The notes: generated by a model from the sequence alone, not told the origin. Shown: positions 42,288 through 51,827, numbered from the stretch's first letter. The stretch is 64,000 bases of DNA from Alphaproteobacteria bacterium UBA6178 (GCA_002422205.1 DITS01000034.1:9522-73521), one strand, 5' to 3'. Translations and numbers: made by a program.

Positions 42288-42947
42288 TTATCCCCCCACA
42301 TTCACAATCAACTTCACCCCGCCGGTAAAGCGCAGCACTTTTTCATTATTCTGCCAGTCAAACGCCTGCGCATGGATTTGCCCCATCGGTCCCTGCCCGT
42401 TAATCGGCTGCATGCCGCTGGCCACGCGCCTGCTCATATCAATATCGATCGACTCGGTCACAAACTCATATCCCTGATCATGAAACAACGTCACATTACC
42501 ATTCAGCGTCATAAATTTTTTCTCGGTCTCCAGTTTGCCCTGCTTCGACGTCATCGAAAGCCAGGTGCCTTCATGCGTAAAAATATCGGCTTGCACATTT
42601 GCCAGCACAATGGTTTTTTCATCTTCCTGCATCGCCGAATCCGCCGTCACCGTATAAGGCTGGTTATTATCATCCACCCCCTGAAAACGCGGATTGGTCA
42701 TTACTGGTAGCGCGTCACTTCTATCGCCCAGCGTCGTAAAGGCAATCCGCAATCCCGCATTATCCGCCTCCAGCGCCGGAATCACAATAATGGTCAGCAT
42801 CAATATCAGCGACACCACACCCAGCCCGATTTTGCTAAACGCCACAAAACGCGTATACCGCCCGATCGACGAAAGTAGTTTGCTGGTATCACGGTTAATC
42901 CAGCGCGAATGATGCTTGCCGGTAATCGGCTTATGGATCGTCGCCAT
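42288..42947 (-). CDS. lptC: LPS export system protein LptC
   Basis: 219 aa with a single N-terminal TM helix. The position between kpsF and lptA fits. Confidence 0.7.
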   Translation of the reverse strand: MATIHKPITGKHHSRWINRDTSKLLSSIGRYTRFVAFSKIGLGVVSLILMLTIIVIPALEADNAGLRIAFTTLGDRSDALPVMTNPRFQGVDDNNQPYTVTADSAMQEDEKTIVLANVQADIFTHEGTWLSMTSKQGKLETEKKFMTLNGNVTLFHDQGYEFVTESIDIDMSRRVASGMQPINGQGPMGQIHAQAFDWQNNEKVLRFTGGVKLIVNVGG

Positions 42948-43925
42948 TTACATCACCCCCGCACGCAGGCAATCATGGATATGTAAAATTCCGATAGGAT
43001 GATTCGCCTCATCGACAACAAACAAACAAGTAATCGATTTCTGGTTCATGATACCCAGCGCTTCCGCTGCCAGATGGTGAGGCCGTATTGTCACCGGATG
43101 CGCATTCATCACCGCACTCGCCTGCTTTTTCAGCAACCCGTCCCCCATGTGCCGGCGCAAATCCCCGTCGGTAATCACTCCCTGCAATACCTTGTCGGCC
43201 ACCACGCCTAAACACCCGAATCGCTTGGCTGTCATTTCGATGAGCGCTTGCTCCATTATCATATCACTTGCCACGAGTGGCAGCTCCTGCGTGCCATGCA
43301 TCAGATTCTCCACACGCAAAAAAGCCTTGCCCAGTTTGCCCCCCGGATGAAACACATTAAAATCCTCTGGTGTAAAACCTTTGCGTTCCAGCAGCGCCAT
43401 CGCCAGCGCATCGCCATAAGCCAGCATCATCACCGTCGAGGTGGTCGGCGCGCCGGTAGGCGACGCTTCAGGCACTTCCGGCAATATAATCGCATGATCT
43501 GCCGATTCCACCAATGTAGAGCTGCTCCTACGTACCAGCGCAATCAATGGAATACTGAAACGTCGAGTATAGGCAATCATATCCTGCAACTCGGCAGTCT
43601 CACCCGAATTCGACAACAGCATCACCGCATCATCTGTGGTAATCATCCCCAGATCGCCATGGCTGGCCTCCGCAGGGTGCACAAACTGCGCCGGTGTACC
43701 CGTCGATGCCAAAGTCGCCACAATCTTGCGCGCAATATGCCCGCTTTTACCCATCCCACTGACAATCAGACGGCCTTTCAGCTGCGCCACGCATTCCACT
43801 ACCGCCACAAAGCCCGCATCCAACGCGCCAGATAACGCTTCAAGACCCGCAATCTCCTGCGCAATAACCGCTTGTGCGCAACGGATATCCTTCTCAGCCT
43901 GCGATATATTAGATTGGCGTAACAT
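42948..43925 (-). CDS. kpsF: arabinose-5-phosphate isomerase (KpsF/GutQ; SIS + CBS pair)
   Basis: 325 aa with GMGKSGHIARKIVATLASTG, SNSGET and C-terminal tandem CBS domains. Confidence 0.85.
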   Translation of the reverse strand: MLRQSNISQAEKDIRCAQAVIAQEIAGLEALSGALDAGFVAVVECVAQLKGRLIVSGMGKSGHIARKIVATLASTGTPAQFVHPAEASHGDLGMITTDDAVMLLSNSGETAELQDMIAYTRRFSIPLIALVRRSSSTLVESADHAIILPEVPEASPTGAPTTSTVMMLAYGDALAMALLERKGFTPEDFNVFHPGGKLGKAFLRVENLMHGTQELPLVASDMIMEQALIEMTAKRFGCLGVVADKVLQGVITDGDLRRHMGDGLLKKQASAVMNAHPVTIRPHHLAAEALGIMNQKSITCLFVVDEANHPIGILHIHDCLRAGVM

Positions 43926-43969
43926 AGAACCTCTGCGGGTTATACGGCCTCCGGTGCCGCAATCCTTTT

Positions 43970-44614
43970 TTAGCTGTGCGCAAAAATATCAATTTCAGCC
44001 CAGCCTGCCAGATCAAGCTCGGCGCGTACCGGCAAGCACGCCATCGTCAGCAACGCAAGCTCCATACGATCCTCACGCGCTAAACGAACATTCAGCGCAT
44101 CGCGCAGCTGATGCAGATATAATACATCCGCCGCCGCATAATCAAGCTGCTCGGGCAATAATTCCTCAGCACCCCAATCCGACGATTGCTGCATCTTCGA
44201 AATATCCTGCCCGATCAATTCTTTGCATATCTCTTTAAATCCATGCCGCTCGGTATAGGTACGGCACAAGCGCGACGCAATTTTGGTGCAATAAACCGGC
44301 GCCACCTGAATTCCCAGATAATGCTTCAATATCGCCAAATCAAATCGCGCAAAATGAAAAAGCTTAGTACGCTCAGCATCTTCCAGCAGCGCTTTCAGGT
44401 TGGGTGCATCCGTTTGCCCCTTTGTAATCTGAACAATATGCACATCGCCTTGACCATCCGTAAGCTGCACCACGCACAGCCGGTCACGATTGGTTTGCAG
44501 CCCCATGGCCTCCGTATCAACAGCAATATCCCCCACAAAGGTTAATCCCGTTGGCAAATCGCCTTTATGCAGATGGTTAGGAATAATCGCCTCCCGATTC
44601 ATTAATACATACAC
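43970..44614 (-). CDS. RNase D-like 3'-5' exonuclease (short form)
   Basis: 214 aa with DEDD motifs (AVDTEAMGL, FHFARFDL, YAAADVLYL). Confidence 0.75.
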   Translation of the reverse strand: MYVLMNREAIIPNHLHKGDLPTGLTFVGDIAVDTEAMGLQTNRDRLCVVQLTDGQGDVHIVQITKGQTDAPNLKALLEDAERTKLFHFARFDLAILKHYLGIQVAPVYCTKIASRLCRTYTERHGFKEICKELIGQDISKMQQSSDWGAEELLPEQLDYAAADVLYLHQLRDALNVRLAREDRMELALLTMACLPVRAELDLAGWAEIDIFAHS

Positions 44615-44690
44615 ACTTTAATGTCAGAAATGGCACATATCCCCCTACCAGACAAGGTTTTTGTTCATAAACCCTGTATGTATAGGACAT

Positions 44691-44722
44691 AAAAAAAGCC
44701 CCGCACCAAGGCGGGGCTTTTT
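44691..44722 (-). terminator. rho-independent terminator after the phasin gene (bidirectional architecture)
   Basis: aaaaaaa gccccgc accaag gcggggc ttttt: a 7-bp GC stem flanked by an A-tract and a T-tract. Confidence 0.75.
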
Positions 44723-44744
44723 AAAAATACATAGTAAGGAAGCG

Positions 44745-45407
44745 TTACGCAGCTTCCGACAATGTTTTGCTCAAACGCTGAGCGGTAGCGCTCGCGCATT
44801 CATTCAGCGGCTCCGAAACATGCGAAGCACAGTTAAACATCATCTCAGACATTTTAACCGATTCACTGAAGAAATTATCCAGATTGGTTTTCATCAGCTT
44901 GCTTTGCAGGTCGAACATATCGTTCAGAGTGCGGCAGCCAAACAGCTCTTTCGACAGCTCAACATTTTGCGAGAAAGATTTGTTAGCATAACTGAACAAT
45001 TCAGCACCCATCGTTTTAGAAGCATTCACAGCAATGCCGCTTGCTTCAACACAAGCATCCACATTGTCTTTGCCCAGCGAAAAGATTTCATTCAGCGAGC
45101 GGCTGGCCGCATCGGCCTGCTTCGACAATTGTGCCGTGCTTTGTTGACCCATGCCCATAAACTTCGAAGCATCAATCGGCGAGCCTGCAAACATTTGCTT
45201 CATCGCATTGGTGCTCAAGCTCATCACATCATCTGCAACGCTTACGCTACGCTTAACATTCGCTGCTGCGGTACGCGTCGTCGCTTGCGCTTGATTCTTA
45301 GCTACGGTGGTAGCGCGTTTAGCGGTACGGTTTACTTTTTTAGCGGTGGCATTGCGAGCAGATTTGGGTTTGCTGCGAGCCGATGATTTCTTAGCTGTCT
45401 TAGCCAT
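44745..45407 (-). CDS. phasin-family (Phasin_2-like) protein with a Lys/Ala/Thr-rich basic N-terminal tail
   Basis: 220 aa. The first ~60 residues are MAKTAKKSSARSKPKSARNATAKKVNRTAKRATTVAKNQAQ.... The remainder is helical with a phasin-like pattern (GKDNVDACVEASGIAVNASKTMGAELFSYANKSF...LQSKLMKTNLDNF). Confidence 0.65.
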   Translation of the reverse strand: MAKTAKKSSARSKPKSARNATAKKVNRTAKRATTVAKNQAQATTRTAAANVKRSVSVADDVMSLSTNAMKQMFAGSPIDASKFMGMGQQSTAQLSKQADAASRSLNEIFSLGKDNVDACVEASGIAVNASKTMGAELFSYANKSFSQNVELSKELFGCRTLNDMFDLQSKLMKTNLDNFFSESVKMSEMMFNCASHVSEPLNECASATAQRLSKTLSEAA

Positions 45408-45440
45408 AAATATTCTCCTAAGTAAGATCTAAACATATAT

Positions 45441-45481
45441 TGCAATGCAGCGAATATAGTAAGAACAACTTTAAGTGTCAA
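45441..45481 (-). promoter_or_regulatory. sigma70 promoter of the phasin gene with an overlapping TGC-N3-GCA operator
   Basis: On the minus strand: TTGACA (45481..45476), a 17-nt spacer, TATATT (45458..45453). The palindrome TGCATTGCA within 45441..45450 follows immediately downstream. Confidence 0.65.
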
Positions 45482-45512
45482 GTCTAGGTCTCTCACTAAA
45501 TTTGATTTTTTG

Positions 45513-45522
45513 TGCATTGCAG
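45513..45522. promoter_or_regulatory. second TGC-N3-GCA palindrome upstream of the phasin promoter
   Basis: tgcattgcag, which is the reverse complement of the core of the box at 45441..45450. Confidence 0.45.
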
Positions 45523-45600
45523 CAATAAAGCCACACTTTATATAAAAAAGCAATAAAAGATGTTTTCAATTCAGCAGCGAATGATTAAGTTACGCGCACC

Positions 45601-45990
45601 ATGAAAGAAACAACCATACACCCCATTAAAAGCACGGAAACCAAGGCCCATTCGCTGGCGTCTTTACAAGAGCTTTTGGGCATGGATGCAAGCAACGATG
45701 AATGCAGCTATACAGACCTGCACCACAACATTGTGACCCTCCTGCAACTGCACGATACGTTACAGCGCAAATCCGACATCGACAGCCGCGATATTGATCG
45801 CCTGATGAGCTACATCGACAAGCTCGAACATGATATCAATGCCGTGCAACATTCACTGGCATGGCGGGTGGGATATCGTGTCGTCACCCTCGCCAAAAAG
45901 CTGCTCGGTCGCGGCAGCAATAAGCACGCATTCGAGCACATGAACCAAACCTTCACCATCTATCATCATTGGAAAAAAGCGCGTGGCTAA
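45601..45990 (+). CDS. hypothetical coiled-coil protein preceding the glycosyltransferase
   Basis: 129-aa ORF with no clear SD sequence. The heptad-like region is followed by SLAWRVGYRVVTLAKKLLGR. It overlaps the next gene by 8 nt. Confidence 0.4.
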   Translation: MKETTIHPIKSTETKAHSLASLQELLGMDASNDECSYTDLHHNIVTLLQLHDTLQRKSDIDSRDIDRLMSYIDKLEHDINAVQHSLAWRVGYRVVTLAKKLLGRGSNKHAFEHMNQTFTIYHHWKKARG

Positions 45991-47998
45991 AAAACCGATT
46001 CTCTATCCTATTTCGCAGCCTAGCCTGTGCGTCGTCATCTGCGTCCATAACGCACCCGACTATGTTGCCATTTGCATCGAGTCCGTACTCAAACACACCA
46101 GCGGCGATTATGATTTGGTTCTGGTCAATGACGGCTCCGCCGCGCAAACCACTAATATATTGAAAGCCTATCAGCGCGACTATCCACATATCCGCATGGT
46201 GCATCACGCACAGGCCAAAGGCTACACCAAAGCCGCCAACGCCGGACTGCACGCCTCTAATGCCGACTATACCATCCTGCTCAACAGCGACACCATCGTC
46301 AGCCCACACTGGGCCGAACGCATTATAGCTTGCGGCGAAAGCGACAAAACCATCGGCATCATTGGCCCGCTCTCCAACGCCGCCACCTACCAATCCGTCC
46401 CCTTCGTTTTCGACGATCGCGGGCACTGGAAACAAAACGAACTGCAAGGCGATGTCACCGTCGCCTCTTATGCAGAAGCGATCAACCGCGTCGCATTAAA
46501 ATCCTATCCCCGCGTACCCGTTGCAAACGGGTTTTGCTTCGCCGTTAAACGCAAAACCATCGACGCGATCGGTTACCTCGACGAGGAAACTTTCCCGCGC
46601 GGCTACGGCGAAGAAAATGACTATTGCCTGCGCGCCGCCGATGCCGGATTCGAAATCGCCATCGCCGACAATGCCTATGTCTATCACGCCACATCGAAAA
46701 GCTTTGGCGTCAAAAGCCGCGAAGAGCTCACCCGCAGCGCCCACCACGCCATCCGGTCCAAATACAGCGAATCACGACTCAACGAAATCGACACCGCCCT
46801 GCGCAATCATCCGCAAATGGATCAGGTGCGCCAGCGCGTGCATGATTATGTGCATAATTGCCTCGCCCTCACCACCAAGGTCAATGCCGATTTCAGCAAA
46901 CCAAACCAACACATGGCGGTGCTGTTTTTACTGCCCGATTGCAGTGCCAAATCCGGCGGCACGCAAGTCATTGTCGAAACCGCGCGCGGCTTAAACGCCA
47001 TCGGCGTGCATGTGCGCATCGCCGCCAAAGAATCCATCCGCAAAGAATACGAACAATTCTTTCCTGCCGACACGCATTTATTTCTTTATTACCGCAAACC
47101 ATCCGAGCTGCTCACTGCCGCCCACGCTTTCGATGTGGCGATTGCGACCATCTTTCATTCCGCCGCGATTCTGCAAGACATCATCAAAATTTACCCGCAT
47201 ATCATGCCCGCCTATTACGTGCAGGATTACGAACCCTTCTTCCTCGATGCACACCCCAAATTGCAGCAACAGGCAGTCGAAAGCTACACGCTGATCGCCC
47301 ATAATAATCTCTTTGCGCTCAGCCCATGGGTGGTGCAAACCCTCAAAGATAAACATCAATCGCAGGTCCATAAAATATGGGGCAGCCTCGACCAGTCGTT
47401 ATTCTTCCCTGATTATGCACCACGCAACAGCGCCAAAACAACCATCAGCGCCATGGTCCGCCCCGATACGCATTGGCGCGGCCCCGAACAAACCATGCGC
47501 GTGCTCAAAAAACTGCACGACAAATACGGCGATACCATCGCCATCCGCATCTTCGGCTGCGATAATAGCCAACTCGATTTATACAATCTCGATAGCAATT
47601 TTGAATTCAGCAATTACGGTGTTTTAGGCCGCTACGACGTTGCCGCCTGCCTGCGCAGCAGCGATATATTCCTCGACCTCTCCACCTTTCAGGCCTTTGG
47701 CCGCACCGCGCTTGAGGCCATGGCCTGCGGCTGCGCCGTCATCGCCCCCATCGAAGGTGGCGTCCATGATTTTGGTGAGCATGGTGAAAATATTCTGCAA
47801 GTTGACACCGCCGATGAAAGCGCCTGCCTAAACGCAGCCAGCGAGCTAATCGAGGATACCGCCCTGCGCCAGCACTTACGCGAGCGCGCCATTGCCAAAG
47901 GCATGGAATATTCCATCCATCGCAGCACCCTGTCATTCCTGCAACTCATGTATCAGCTCAAAAGCGAGCATAAGGCTAAGCGCCAAAACGCCGCTTAG
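45983..47998 (+). CDS. two-domain glycosyltransferase (N-terminal GT2 GT-A fold + C-terminal GT4-like GT-B fold)
   Basis: 671 aa. The N-terminal part has LCVVICVHNAPDYV...LVNDGS...LNSDT. The C-terminal part has FGRTALEAMACGCAVIAP. The start is GTG, so it is uncertain. Confidence 0.75.
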   Translation: MAKKPILYPISQPSLCVVICVHNAPDYVAICIESVLKHTSGDYDLVLVNDGSAAQTTNILKAYQRDYPHIRMVHHAQAKGYTKAANAGLHASNADYTILLNSDTIVSPHWAERIIACGESDKTIGIIGPLSNAATYQSVPFVFDDRGHWKQNELQGDVTVASYAEAINRVALKSYPRVPVANGFCFAVKRKTIDAIGYLDEETFPRGYGEENDYCLRAADAGFEIAIADNAYVYHATSKSFGVKSREELTRSAHHAIRSKYSESRLNEIDTALRNHPQMDQVRQRVHDYVHNCLALTTKVNADFSKPNQHMAVLFLLPDCSAKSGGTQVIVETARGLNAIGVHVRIAAKESIRKEYEQFFPADTHLFLYYRKPSELLTAAHAFDVAIATIFHSAAILQDIIKIYPHIMPAYYVQDYEPFFLDAHPKLQQQAVESYTLIAHNNLFALSPWVVQTLKDKHQSQVHKIWGSLDQSLFFPDYAPRNSAKTTISAMVRPDTHWRGPEQTMRVLKKLHDKYGDTIAIRIFGCDNSQLDLYNLDSNFEFSNYGVLGRYDVAACLRSSDIFLDLSTFQAFGRTALEAMACGCAVIAPIEGGVHDFGEHGENILQVDTADESACLNAASELIEDTALRQHLRERAIAKGMEYSIHRSTLSFLQLMYQLKSEHKAKRQNAA

Positions 47999-49029
47999 CT
48001 CCCAAACACATGCACCCGGTCCGCCGCCACACACACCCCCACATTATCATTCATCCGAAAATGATGGTCATGCGCCACGCACGCACGTAATGCGTCGCCA
48101 CTTTCAAGCCGCAAGGTAATGTAATCCTGCGCCCCCGCACACAGCACATGCTCCACCGTCGCTATAACACCGCCGCCTTGCGCGTCCAGCTTGCAATCCT
48201 GTGGCCGCACCGCCATCAGCACCGCACCGGACTGATTGGAATCCACCGCAAATACGCCCAGCGGCGAACTCACTTTCCCCTGATCGCATTGCGCGGTTAC
48301 AAAATTCATATCCCCTAATGCCAGCGCCGCATACCGATCCACCGGATGGTGGTAAATATCATGCGCCGTACCGCTTTGGCGCACATGGCCACTATCATCC
48401 AGCAGCACCAGTTGATCTCCCATCATCATCGCCTCTTCGGGGTCATGCGTCACCATCACACACGTCACCCCCTCTTCCTTCACCAGCCGCAAAGTGTCTC
48501 CCCGCAATTGCGTGCGCAGTGCCGTATCCAGATGTGCAAACGGCTCATCAAGCAATAATAATTTCGGCTTGGGCGCCAGCGCACGTGCCAATGCCACGCG
48601 GTGCTGCTGCCCGCCGGAAAGCTGATGCGGATAACGCATTGCATAATCCGCTAACCCCACATGCTGCAACAGGTCCTTCACCCGCATATCCCGCACCACG
48701 GCAGATTGCGCGCGCAAGCCAAATGCTACATTGTCCGCCACGGTAAGCATCGGAAACAGCGTCGGTTGCTGAAAAACCATCCCCACATGGCGCTGATGCG
48801 GCGGGATATGGGTTTGCTCATCCGACAAGATCACCTGCTCCAGCAATACCCGCCCGCGTTGCACTTTCTCAAGCCCCGCAATCAGCCGCAACAGCGTGGT
48901 TTTGCCGCTGCCCGAGGGTCCTAACAAACACACAAAATCCCCCTGATGAACGGTCAAAGACAAACGCGGCAAAATCATCTGTTTGCCATAGCCATATTCC
49001 AGCGCGTTGATTTCCAGAAAATACATCAA
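47995..49029 (-). CDS. ABC transporter ATP-binding protein, Fe(3+)/polyamine importer type
   Basis: 344 aa with LLGPSGSGKTTLL, LSGGQQHRVALARAL and LLLDEP, plus a C-terminal TOBE-like region. Confidence 0.8.
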   Translation of the reverse strand: MMYFLEINALEYGYGKQMILPRLSLTVHQGDFVCLLGPSGSGKTTLLRLIAGLEKVQRGRVLLEQVILSDEQTHIPPHQRHVGMVFQQPTLFPMLTVADNVAFGLRAQSAVVRDMRVKDLLQHVGLADYAMRYPHQLSGGQQHRVALARALAPKPKLLLLDEPFAHLDTALRTQLRGDTLRLVKEEGVTCVMVTHDPEEAMMMGDQLVLLDDSGHVRQSGTAHDIYHHPVDRYAALALGDMNFVTAQCDQGKVSSPLGVFAVDSNQSGAVLMAVRPQDCKLDAQGGGVIATVEHVLCAGAQDYITLRLESGDALRACVAHDHHFRMNDNVGVCVAADRVHVFGS

Positions 49030-50672
49030 TGAATATCCTGTGCCTTAAGCGAATGCGTGCTCAGCCATAGCACAGCCAGCAAGCTGATGCCAATAAGGAA
49101 CAAAGCAGGCACCGACGCCTGCACCAGCCGCCCGTCCCCCGCTAGCTCAAACGTGCGGATCGCCAGCGTATCCACATTAAAGGGTCGCAGCAATAATGTC
49201 GCAGGCAATTCCTTCACCGTATCAGTAAAGACCATAAAGCCCGCAAACATCACGCCGACTTTGATATGCGGTACATGCAACAACCGCACAATACGTCCAT
49301 AACGCGCTCCCAGCAGCCGTGCCGAATCATCCGTCGCCACCGCAATCTGCTGCAAAGCCGATTCCATGCCGCCATACGCCACCGCCAAAAACCGGATAGA
49401 ACAGGCAATTACAATTGCCGCAATACTTCCCGTCAGCAGCAATGGTGGCCGCACCCCTTGCGAGGTTTCAATCCAATGTGCCACCGACTTATCCAGTAAT
49501 AGCAATGGTACAAACACCCCCACCGCAATCACCGACCCGGGAATCGCATAGCCCAGCGTTGCCAGCTGCACCCACAAAGCAGGCAACAACCGCAAGCGAA
49601 TAGCATAAGCAAAGCTCATCGCAATCATCACCGCCACCACCGCACAAGCCCCCGCAATCATCAGCGAATGCTTCAGCGCATTCCAATGCAAATGATCCTG
49701 CCAGTATGACACCTCATGCAAGCTCCACCCCACCAACACCAGCACCGGAACCACAAACCCCACCGCGCACGGAATCAAGCATAGCAAACAAATCAGCCAG
49801 CCACTCATGCGCCGTGGCACCAGCCGTGTCATTTTGCGCGGCTGCATGCCTTGCGTATGATAACGCAAATGCCTGCGTGAATAGCGCTCGGCAATAATCG
49901 CAAACAGCACAAACCCCAGCAGCCAGCAAGCCAGCTTTGCTGCCGCCACCGGATCGCCCATACCATACCACGCGCGATAAATGCCGGTGGTAAAACTCTC
50001 CACGCCAAACAATGCCACCGTTCCATAATCGGCAAGCGCTTCCATCACCACCAGCGCCGCACCTGCCATGAGTGCGGGGCGCGCAACCGGCACGGCAATA
50101 TGCCAAAACCACCGCCGATGCCCCATCCCCAGCAAATGCGCACTCTCAAACAAGCTCGCACACTGGCTGGCAAACGCAATCCGCGCCAGCATATACACAT
50201 AAGGATACAGCGCAAAGGCCAGCACCAGCACCGCACCGCCAGTCGAGCGGATAGTGGGAAACCAGTATTCACCAAATGCCAGCCCTGTCATCTCGCGCAA
50301 GCTCATTTGCACCGGCCCCGCCACATCCAGCAAATGGCCATACACCATCGCCAGCACATAGGAAGGCACCGCCAGCGGCATCAGCAACAGCCATTGCAGC
50401 ACCCGCCGCCCGGGAAACTGATACATGCTCACAAGCCATGCCGTGCAGGTACCAATCAGCATGGCCAACCCGCCCACGCCCACAAATAAATAAGCAGAAT
50501 TTGTAATATAGCGCGGCAATGTCGTCGCCGCTAAATGCGACAGCGACCCCTGATCGGGAAAACACGCAATAACGCCAACCGCTACCAGTGGCGCCATACA
50601 TAACGCCACCAGCAGCCAGTTTATCCCTGTAAAGGCCAGCGCCCCGACATTAAGGCCAATTTGCCTCATCAA
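49026..50672 (-). CDS. iron(III)-type ABC transporter permease (duplicated 6-TM module)
   Basis: 548 aa with about twelve hydrophobic helices. It overlaps both neighbouring genes, which indicates an operon. Confidence 0.75.
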   Translation of the reverse strand: MMRQIGLNVGALAFTGINWLLVALCMAPLVAVGVIACFPDQGSLSHLAATTLPRYITNSAYLFVGVGGLAMLIGTCTAWLVSMYQFPGRRVLQWLLLMPLAVPSYVLAMVYGHLLDVAGPVQMSLREMTGLAFGEYWFPTIRSTGGAVLVLAFALYPYVYMLARIAFASQCASLFESAHLLGMGHRRWFWHIAVPVARPALMAGAALVVMEALADYGTVALFGVESFTTGIYRAWYGMGDPVAAAKLACWLLGFVLFAIIAERYSRRHLRYHTQGMQPRKMTRLVPRRMSGWLICLLCLIPCAVGFVVPVLVLVGWSLHEVSYWQDHLHWNALKHSLMIAGACAVVAVMIAMSFAYAIRLRLLPALWVQLATLGYAIPGSVIAVGVFVPLLLLDKSVAHWIETSQGVRPPLLLTGSIAAIVIACSIRFLAVAYGGMESALQQIAVATDDSARLLGARYGRIVRLLHVPHIKVGVMFAGFMVFTDTVKELPATLLLRPFNVDTLAIRTFELAGDGRLVQASVPALFLIGISLLAVLWLSTHSLKAQDIH

Positions 50673-51672
50673 ATACCTTTATCGCTTCCGCGTTTAATCC
50701 ACCGATTTTATCCAATGCGGTCTGATCAAACGCTGGCTCGCCCCAGGATGCAACTTCTTTTGCCACTTCCACCGAAGGATTCGCCGGATATTCAAAATTA
50801 TGTTGCGCCAGAATTTCCTGCGCCTTCTCGCTGGTCAGATATTCCAGCAGTTTTATCGCAAGCTCAGGATGTTTGGAATAAGTCGTCACCGCCCCGCCGC
50901 GAATATTCACATGCGCCCCACGCCCATCCTGATTCGGGAAAATCATTTCGATTTTTTTTGCATATTCACGATCCGCCGGATCTTCGCTGTTGCTCAGCAA
51001 TCCATAATAATAGGTGTTGGCAATCGCAATACGCCCCTGCCCTGCGGCCAAAGCGCGCAACTGATCACGGTCAGCGCCTTGTGGCGCACGCGCAAAATTC
51101 GCCACCACGCCCCTCGCCCATGCCAGCGCCGCCTCGCGCCCCTCATGTGCAATAATCGACGCTAACAACGAAATATTATATTCATTGCTCGAGCTACGCA
51201 CCAAAATCGCATTCTTCCATTTCGGGTCGGCCAGCTCAGCATAGCTGCTAATAGCGACATCATCATCTTTACGCACAAACAACACGCGGGCACGCTTACC
51301 AATCGCATACCAATAGCCCTCTGCACTGCGCAGCGATTCAGGCACATTGGCATTCAACACATCCGATTGCACCGCCTTCAACATGCCCGCTTGCTGCAGC
51401 TTATGCATATTCCCCACATTCACTGTCAACACCACATCAGCAGGTGTATCCTTGCCTTCCATCGTCAGGCGTGCCGTCATCGGGTCGGGGTCAAGCGTCG
51501 TAATATTCACTTTGATGCCTGTATCCTTAGTAAAGGAATCCAGTAACGGACGAATCAAATGCTCTTGCTGCGCCGAGTAAAGATTGACTTCGCCTTTAGT
51601 CTCCTGCGCCTGTGCGTTCGAAAGTGATAAAGCCAACGCCGCCAACATAGGCAGCACAAAACGGATAATCAT
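50650..51672 (-). CDS. Fe(3+) ABC transporter periplasmic substrate-binding protein
   Basis: Signal peptide MIIRFVLPMLAALALSLSNAQA followed by a FutA/FbpA-like body. AAGGAG lies before the ATG at 51672. The ORF-track extension to 51720 translates the Fur box. Confidence 0.75.
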   Translation of the reverse strand: MIIRFVLPMLAALALSLSNAQAQETKGEVNLYSAQQEHLIRPLLDSFTKDTGIKVNITTLDPDPMTARLTMEGKDTPADVVLTVNVGNMHKLQQAGMLKAVQSDVLNANVPESLRSAEGYWYAIGKRARVLFVRKDDDVAISSYAELADPKWKNAILVRSSSNEYNISLLASIIAHEGREAALAWARGVVANFARAPQGADRDQLRALAAGQGRIAIANTYYYGLLSNSEDPADREYAKKIEMIFPNQDGRGAHVNIRGGAVTTYSKHPELAIKLLEYLTSEKAQEILAQHNFEYPANPSVEVAKEVASWGEPAFDQTALDKIGGLNAEAIKVFDEANWP

Positions 51673-51699
51673 GAAGGTCTCCTTATGGAAATAACGGAT

Positions 51700-51718
51700 G
51701 ATAATAATTATCATTTTC
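51700..51718 (-). promoter_or_regulatory. Fur-box-like operator upstream of the iron ABC transporter operon
   Basis: gataataattatcattttc matches GATAATGATAATCATTATC at 16 of 19 positions and lies 28 nt upstream of the substrate-binding-protein ATG. Confidence 0.6.
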
Positions 51719-51755
51719 ACCTGTGTGATAGCCCCGCCATCCCCCTATGTCCAGC

Positions 51756-51786
51756 AAAAAATAAGGCCGCGCAAAGGCGGCCTTAT
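51756..51786 (-). terminator. rho-independent terminator downstream of metE
   Basis: ataaggccgc (51761..51770), a 6-nt loop, then gcggccttat (51777..51786). The A-run at 51756..51760 provides the U-tract on the minus strand. Confidence 0.7.
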
Positions 51787-51827
51787 TATAACTTTGTCAT
51801 GCCGTCGCATGACGGCATCCGGTCTTA

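Noticed and set aside
45518-45533. A sigma54-like TGGCTT-N5-CTGCA element on the minus strand upstream of the phasin gene.
   Set aside because: The spacing is right, but a near-perfect sigma70 promoter (TTGACA-17-TATATT) lies downstream. The -12 part also coincides with the TGC-N3-GCA palindrome, which explains the match. This is probably a chance overlap.
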